From NCBI GenBank assembly GCA_934660865.1, contig CAKUIA010000009.1, positions 60,001 to 92,000 on the forward strand: a stretch of 32,000 nt of DNA. The letters run 5' to 3'. The notes under the pieces were generated by a model, which searched no databases, was not told the DNA's origin, and saw only the letters and a list, made by a program, of their open reading frames with translations. A program made the position numbers and the translations under genes. Source of the DNA: an uncultured Opitutales bacterium. Lineage in GTDB: Bacteria > Verrucomicrobiota > Verrucomicrobiia > Opitutales > Intestinicryptomonadaceae. Positions 27,326 to 32,000 of this stretch are shown here, piece by piece (the stretch's first letter is position 1; each line of letters opens with the position of its first letter).

Positions 27326-28720
27326 TTAACGATCAAAATCATAACTACGTTGTGTATCTTGCGTAGGCTGGTTTTGTTGCGTCCTACTTTGCGGTGGCGG
27401 ATACCCTTGTTGTTGTCCGGTCTGTTGTTTTTGAGTTTTCTGCTGTTCCTTTTCGTGGAAGAATTCTTCCAAATCTTTTATGATATACAAAAATAGTACC
27501 ATCATTTTACTACCATTTGGCGAAAGTTTTTTTTCCCACTCCTGCTGAAATTTTTCTAACGTCGAAACATACTGTATATTTCTGAGAGCATCTGACAACA
27601 TGCCCCTAACTTTTGTGCCAGCTTCCGAAATTCGTCTTGTTGTTGTTTTAAGGTTTCTTTCAATTGATAGATTTCCTGGGTGTAGCTTTCCATGATATTC
27701 TCTTCCATCTGATCCATCGATCTGTTTAGCGCCTCCACTTCCCTCGCCAAATCTTTCGCTATTTCCTGAACCCCCTCGCGAAGAATTCCGTGAATCTGCG
27801 ACTTGGGTTTTTTCAACTCGTTCATGAGGATTTCCGCAAACGGCGGAATCATATGATACAGAATTGGCGTTGCTGTTTTTGACATGTTGTCCAATGTTGT
27901 TGCTTTGTTCTGGGTGTTCATAGTTTTTTAAGTATTTATATTTATTTTTAAGACGCGCGTAGCGCGTTTGGGAAAGTTTTTTGTATTGTTCGTCAACATC
28001 TACTCCTTCCGAATCAATCGCACGCGTGTTGTCGTTATTACAAAGATTGCCTGTAAGTTTTATCTTCGTATCTCCCGATTTTACTGTTATCGAAGTGTCG
28101 GTCTTTCGGTTTATGATAAAATTGCTTTGCTTTAAAAACCTTTCGAAATCCTCGCGGTTGTTTATCGCTTTCCCATACTCCGACATCTCATTTTTCAGTC
28201 TGAGGAAAAGCGACTGCTGAGACGAATTCCAATATTTGTTTGCATCGGCAAGTCCCCGCCTGAGCTCGGGCGAATTCGGGTCGGTGAGTTTCGGATATTT
28301 TTTATGGATATAACGCCCGAACGCCTCGAAGTATTTTCTGTCGTATTTATCGAAATAGACCGGGAAATATCTCCCGCCGACACTCTCCGCCGCAACGAAG
28401 TTTAATTCGAAATCGTGCTTGGGATTGTCGTGCAAGATGAACAAGTGTTGAAAGTTCGACTTGTCCATATTTGGATAAACCTTCTCCAGAATGTCGTCCA
28501 TTAACGAAGCAAGAAACTTTGTCCCTCCAAGCTCCGCAAGCGACTTTTTGTCGCGATAGCAGAACGTCACATAGCCCTTCTTTTTGCTGGATTTTTGTTC
28601 GATTTCGCGCATAAAACTGTCATAGCAACCGCCGACAATTGTTGAGGGACGCTTGCGTCCTTTTGAATCTACATCGCCGAGCAAGTACTTTAACGTAGAC
28701 GGTAAATATTCTATAATCAT
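27326..28720 (-). CDS. Putative relaxase / mobilisation nuclease (MobA/VirD2-like, divergent)
   Basis: 464 aa. Its ATG overlaps the mobC stop as ATGA (28720-28717). The N-terminus MIIEYLPSTLKYLLGD... fits the relaxase opening pattern with candidate catalytic Tyr residues. The His-motif position reads ILHDNPKHDFELNFV. The C-terminal tail is Q/P-rich. Confidence 0.55.
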   Translation of the reverse strand: MIIEYLPSTLKYLLGDVDSKGRKRPSTIVGGCYDSFMREIEQKSSKKKGYVTFCYRDKKSLAELGGTKFLASLMDDILEKVYPNMDKSNFQHLFILHDNPKHDFELNFVAAESVGGRYFPVYFDKYDRKYFEAFGRYIHKKYPKLTDPNSPELRRGLADANKYWNSSQQSLFLRLKNEMSEYGKAINNREDFERFLKQSNFIINRKTDTSITVKSGDTKIKLTGNLCNNDNTRAIDSEGVDVDEQYKKLSQTRYARLKNKYKYLKNYEHPEQSNNIGQHVKNSNANSVSYDSAVCGNPHERVEKTQVADSRNSSRGGSGNSERFGEGSGGAKQIDGSDGREYHGKLHPGNLSIERNLKTTTRRISEAGTKVRGMLSDALRNIQYVSTLEKFQQEWEKKLSPNGSKMMVLFLYIIKDLEEFFHEKEQQKTQKQQTGQQQGYPPPQSRTQQNQPTQDTQRSYDFDR

Positions 28721-29169
28721 CTCGAATTCCTTTGTCTTATCTGCGATAGGATTTCTTTGTGTAATTCGGAATTACTTTTTACATATTCCACTATCGCTAA
28801 GCATTCGTCGCCGTTCTCAATTCCGCGGGCGAAATCTTCTATTGCCATAGCCTTACCCAGAATTTTCACAAGCGCAGCCTGTGTGTTTAATATATCGATG
28901 GGGTTCTCGTATTTCAGCGCAAAATTCAGATCTCGCGCAATCTGGTTGAGATTGTTTGAAAGCCTGCTGATTGCCACAATACGCGCATGTTCAATTGTCT
29001 CTTTTTTGACGAAAACAAGATCTCGTATCTTTCCGAGAAAATCCGCAACGGCGTTACGTATAAGCTCGCCGACACTGATTTCCCGCGCCTTCGCCTCCGC
29101 GTTCCATAATTTCTTTTCCTTTTCGGGAACGCGAAATTCCACTCGTTTATCTTTTGTTTCTTTGTCCAT
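28717..29169 (-). CDS. mobC: MobC-family relaxosome accessory protein (RHH N-terminus)
   Basis: It carries the signature ISRLSNNLNQIARDLN (MobC consensus G/SNNLNQIAR.LN). The N-terminal segment RVEFRVPEKEKKLWNAEAKAREISVGELIRNAV is ribbon-helix-helix-like. I prefer the ATG at 29169 because the track start at 29229 is TTG. Confidence 0.8.
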   Translation of the reverse strand: MDKETKDKRVEFRVPEKEKKLWNAEAKAREISVGELIRNAVADFLGKIRDLVFVKKETIEHARIVAISRLSNNLNQIARDLNFALKYENPIDILNTQAALVKILGKAMAIEDFARGIENGDECLAIVEYVKSNSELHKEILSQIRQRNSR

Positions 29170-29245
29170 AATTACAATTTTCCTTAAGAAACGCGTAGCG
29201 TTTTCGGGGGTGTCCAGAGGGGGTGTCAACCACCCTCGGCAAGCT

Positions 29246-29275
29246 GGGGTAATGTCCGTGTACGGACAATTCCCC
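29246..29275. promoter_or_regulatory. Candidate oriT inverted repeat upstream of mobC
   Basis: GGGGTAATGTCCGT-GT-ACGGACAATTCCCC has 14-bp arms with 12/14 complementary positions and a perfect GTCCGT/ACGGAC core. It sits in the 134-bp gap between the 294-aa gene and mobC. Confidence 0.45.
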
Positions 29276-29303
29276 TATGCTTGCACTGCGAAACCCGTGT
29301 TGG

Positions 29304-30188
29304 TTACCTTTCAATATACCCCCCTTCCTGACTTTGTGTTTTGCCTTTTTGAGGTCTCTTTGTCGCCTTGGGAGACTGGGCTTTCAACAACGCCAATGCC
29401 TCCGTCGTTTTTTGGCTGAAAATTCCCAGCGCGATTTCCCAATCGGTAATAATCTGATTCGATTCCGGGGATATGCGTTTTTTCGCCGAATCAATAGCGC
29501 GCTTGTAAAATTTCTGCGCTTTGGTAAATCCGCTGAAAATGTTTTTTACTTTCATCGAACGTGTTTGCTTTACTCCGACAGCTTTCGGTTTCGGCGAAGA
29601 CGTTATCTTTGGAATCTTCGGGATTAGCGTTTTGCATAATTTTGCGATTTGTTTTTCTACGGGGATTGCTTTGTTCGCCACGCTTTTTATTTTCGTATAC
29701 GAAAGCGTTTTGATTCTGCCCAACAACTGCTCGTCTTTTATCGCATCGAAAAGTTTTTTTACCCTCGCACATTTGTAGAATTCGCTACGCGATACGAGAA
29801 ACTTTTTTTCACTCGGGAACATCTCCTGAAATTTTGCGTAGTAGTTGATACTTCCATTCGATTTTCCGTCTGGCGGGACAATCTGCGGATTTTTCTGTAA
29901 AATCCGCAACGTCATTTGCCCCTTGCCCGATTCTACAAAATTCCTGATGCGTTTCCCGCTTTCTCCGAATTCGACAATCGCCTTGGCTAAATCGCCTCCG
30001 TTGTTTTCGAGATATAAATCGATATAAGACTCGATTTCGGCAAAACTTTCCGGAACTACCTTTTGTGAAATGGCATTCTGCTTTGGCGTTGTCGGACACG
30101 TTTCTTCGGCTATTTCCGTCTCGTCGATTTTTGCCGACGGGTCTCTGCCGAATGTATTTTGCATTTCAGGTAAATCTGGTTGTTCCAT
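29304..30188 (-). CDS. Hypothetical protein (294 aa) between xis-like gene and mobC
   Basis: The ATG at 30188 lies 3 nt after the stop of the xis-like gene. The N-terminus is acidic and the C-terminal half is Lys-rich. I recognised no family. Confidence 0.55.
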   Translation of the reverse strand: MEQPDLPEMQNTFGRDPSAKIDETEIAEETCPTTPKQNAISQKVVPESFAEIESYIDLYLENNGGDLAKAIVEFGESGKRIRNFVESGKGQMTLRILQKNPQIVPPDGKSNGSINYYAKFQEMFPSEKKFLVSRSEFYKCARVKKLFDAIKDEQLLGRIKTLSYTKIKSVANKAIPVEKQIAKLCKTLIPKIPKITSSPKPKAVGVKQTRSMKVKNIFSGFTKAQKFYKRAIDSAKKRISPESNQIITDWEIALGIFSQKTTEALALLKAQSPKATKRPQKGKTQSQEGGYIER

Positions 30189-30191
30189 TGT

Positions 30192-30500
30192 CTACCTTTC
30201 CATTTGGGGTTGAACGAAGCGGTGGTCGTATTTAGCTTTGAGAATTTTCTCTACGCGCAATACCTCCGATTTCACATAGGAATGCGGTTTCCCAATGCAC
30301 CGCATTTCGGGATACTTTTTTAGGTATTTCCCGAATGTTCTTCGCGACATTCGCAATATTGCGAGAGTCTGGTGAATGTCTATCAGTTCGACTCCGCAAT
30401 ATTCCGACAATTTTTTGTCGTTTACTTCGGAGGTCGTCCTGATTGTTTGCGCTATTTTAAGTAGCGACTCTATTTCTGCGTCATTTAGTTCTATTATCAT
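30192..30500 (-). CDS. Excisionase-like / HTH_17-type DNA-binding protein
   Basis: 102 aa. IHQTLAILRMSRRTFGKYLKKYPEMRCIGKPHSYVKSEVLRVEKIL follows the MerR/Xis-type HTH pattern (aa.lLgvSrrT.yr..k.g.....g....y....l). It sits directly downstream of the integrase. Confidence 0.55.
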   Translation of the reverse strand: MIIELNDAEIESLLKIAQTIRTTSEVNDKKLSEYCGVELIDIHQTLAILRMSRRTFGKYLKKYPEMRCIGKPHSYVKSEVLRVEKILKAKYDHRFVQPQMER

Positions 30501-30548
30501 TTGTACCTTTTTTTATGATTGTATTCATAAGTTTTACTGGGTAAAAAT

Positions 30549-31748
30549 TTACGCTTTCGAATTTTCCGTTGATTCCTCCGCCAAGCTTTGCGGCGTGATG
30601 GAGAAGAATTTTTCGGCATCTTCAATATTGGCGCTGCCCATATAGTGCTGAGCCAGCGTGGCGTAGCCACGAATGTGCCCCATGTCGGCAACGGTCTTTT
30701 GCGGCCCGAATTTGAAATACGCGTATGTGGCGAACGTATGCCGCAAAACGTCCTGCGAGAGGGCAACCGGCAGCCCGCGCCGCATTTTCCGAAACGTCCA
30801 ATACGAGCCTTTTATTATGTTTCCTTCCCGTTCGTCCTCGGGAACGGTTTCCAGAAACGCCCACAAGTTTTCGGAAACATTTTGAGTGGCGCGCTGCTTG
30901 CGCACTTTCGATGTCTGCCCCTGAATCGTGATAACTTTCGATTTGAAGTTGATGTCCGACCACTGCATAAAACGCTTCTCGAAATTGCCAATCAGTTCCC
31001 CCGGGCGGACTCCGTAAAACGTCATCAGCGCAAAGCCTGCCAGATACTCTTTCGGAACTGATTTCAGCAGAGTTTTGACCTCTTCGACTGACAGAATTTT
31101 CGCAGGCATCGTGTCGCTATACTTGCGCATAAGCGTAACCTCGGCGGCAACGTCTTCCGTAATGTATCCCTCCCGTTTGGCGAACTTGAACAACGCCTTG
31201 ATTACTTTGAGGTTGTTCTTCTGCGAACCGCTCGAACGTATGTAGGATTCGATTTCGCTTTTTAAGATTGTCGCGAAATTTCGAGTTCCATTGAAGTAAG
31301 TGATAAAGCGGACGCGCAGGTATTGGTCGTATTCCTTGAGCGTTTTGTCGCGGAGATTTATGTGCTGGCTGTGTGCCATAAAGTTTCGCACGCAGTCCCG
31401 CACCAATATGACCTTGTTGTATGAATTCAACTCGACGCGCCTGATGGCGTCCTTGATTACAATCTCGGTGGACAGCCCGCGCCTGTGGCATTCCGTGTTG
31501 AGCTTTAAGACGGCCAAACGAACGCCGCTTGGAATTGTCATATCCTCTGGGAGCGAATACTCGCTCCTAAGCGAAATCATAAAAGATTCCGCTTCGCTTT
31601 TGGTCGTAAACGACCTTGATTTTAATTTGCCCGCATCGGGATAAAACACCAAATAAGGCGATTTGCGCCCGTCGCGATACTCCAGTCTAATTGAATTTGT
31701 TTTCATACAAGGGAATGTGTTCCGCGGATAAAATTTCCGCCAAAACAC
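30549..31748 (-). CDS. Tyrosine recombinase / phage-type integrase
   Basis: 399 aa. The catalytic-domain motifs are FYGVRPGEL (box I Arg), DVLRHTFATYA (HxxR), MGH and LAQHY (Tyr). An N-terminal SAM-like/arm-binding region is present. The track start at 31748 is GTG with AAGGGA upstream, and an alternative ATG lies at 31706. Confidence 0.9.
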   Translation of the reverse strand: MFWRKFYPRNTFPCMKTNSIRLEYRDGRKSPYLVFYPDAGKLKSRSFTTKSEAESFMISLRSEYSLPEDMTIPSGVRLAVLKLNTECHRRGLSTEIVIKDAIRRVELNSYNKVILVRDCVRNFMAHSQHINLRDKTLKEYDQYLRVRFITYFNGTRNFATILKSEIESYIRSSGSQKNNLKVIKALFKFAKREGYITEDVAAEVTLMRKYSDTMPAKILSVEEVKTLLKSVPKEYLAGFALMTFYGVRPGELIGNFEKRFMQWSDINFKSKVITIQGQTSKVRKQRATQNVSENLWAFLETVPEDEREGNIIKGSYWTFRKMRRGLPVALSQDVLRHTFATYAYFKFGPQKTVADMGHIRGYATLAQHYMGSANIEDAEKFFSITPQSLAEESTENSKA

Positions 31749-31802
31749 CGAATCCCTTTATACGTGCGTAGCACGTCCCGCGCCCACTCGGGCGCACCCT
31801 CT

Positions 31803-31836
31803 AAAAAACAAAAAGCGGCAAAGTCCCCTTTGCCGC
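31803..31836 (-). terminator. Rho-independent terminator for a minus-strand gene entering from the right
   Basis: The stem is GCGGCAAAG (31815-31823) / CTTTGCCGC (31828-31836). The minus-strand U-tract corresponds to the + strand AAAAAACAAAAA at 31803-31814. Confidence 0.7.
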
Positions 31837-31886
31837 CGATGTTTGTTGTAAGATGCCGTTAAACGCAAAATCCGATTCTATTGTTG

Positions 31887-32000
31887 CTATTTGTTGAACG
31901 GTCTCTTTTTGAATTCGGTCTCGTACTTTAAACGTTCAAGAATATCGCGCATGCTCGATTTATTCGATAAGCAGTTTTCCCATCTGAATTTCAATGTTTT
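31887..32000 (-). CDS. 3' end of an unidentified gene (5' part lies outside the window)
   Basis: The minus-strand frame is open from the window edge and reads ...KTLKFRWENCLSNKSSMRDILERLKYETEFKKRPFNK*. The TAG stop is at 31889-31887 and the terminator above follows. The fragment is too short to assign. Confidence 0.35.
   Translation of the reverse strand, partial: KTLKFRWENCLSNKSSMRDILERLKYETEFKKRPFNK

Larger units (their letters stand above)
19050..31860. mobile_element. Putative integrative mobilizable element (IME) / genomic island next to tRNA-Asp; boundaries approximate
   Basis: A tyrosine integrase, Xis-like HTH, MobC and relaxase module occupies 27326-31748. An oriT-like inverted repeat is present. 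The cargo consists of NTPases, a helicase and an orphan antitoxin. The element starts right after a tRNA gene. I identified no exact att direct repeat. Confidence 0.6.

Noticed and set aside
27556-27921. A 121-aa minus-strand ORF in an alternative frame inside the relaxase gene, and a 94-aa + strand ORF at 27212-27496.
   Set aside because: The first is nested in the longer 464-aa frame that is ATGA-coupled to mobC. The second runs across the relaxase terminator and the antisense of its Q-rich tail, giving a leucine-rich low-complexity product.

Overview
The window has two parts. Positions 1-18.3 kb are ordinary chromosome of a Gram-negative bacterium. It encodes an LptF/G permease, has mid-range GC by eye, and almost no start codon has a Shine-Dalgarno sequence upstream. 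Genes there are the glmS 3' end, a HAD hydrolase, a scpB-pheA-yggU operon, ilvD-miaB, lptF/G plus a small secreted protein, mdh, ppdK, an Fsr-like MFS transporter, and a small glycan cluster of two tandem paralogous secreted beta-helix proteins plus a GH2 glycosidase. A 630-bp AT-rich non-coding stretch then leads to tRNA-Asp(GTC) at 18934-19010. From the tRNA to about 31.85 kb the content is accessory and looks like an integrative mobilizable element (IME). At its right end sit a tyrosine integrase, an Xis-like HTH protein, a 294-aa unknown, MobC and a divergent relaxase. An oriT-like inverted repeat lies upstream of mobC. The cargo is an orphan HigA-like regulator, a UvrD-like SF1 helicase with a greatly expanded inter-motif region, and a basic AT-hook-bearing 312-aa protein placed 20 bp away and divergent from the helicase. 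It also includes an AAA_14/DUF4143 ATPase and, next to the tRNA, a four-gene translationally coupled cassette. That cassette is built around a membrane-anchor-less TrwB/TraD-type P-loop ATPase with three partners I cannot assign. It is my best candidate for an undescribed system (defence/exclusion or a soluble DNA-transfer coupling module), and the helicase/312-aa pair is second. I saw no CRISPR array, rRNA, transposase or reverse transcriptase. I could not find exact att repeats, so the element boundaries are approximate. All family calls come from motif recognition by eye, not database searches.
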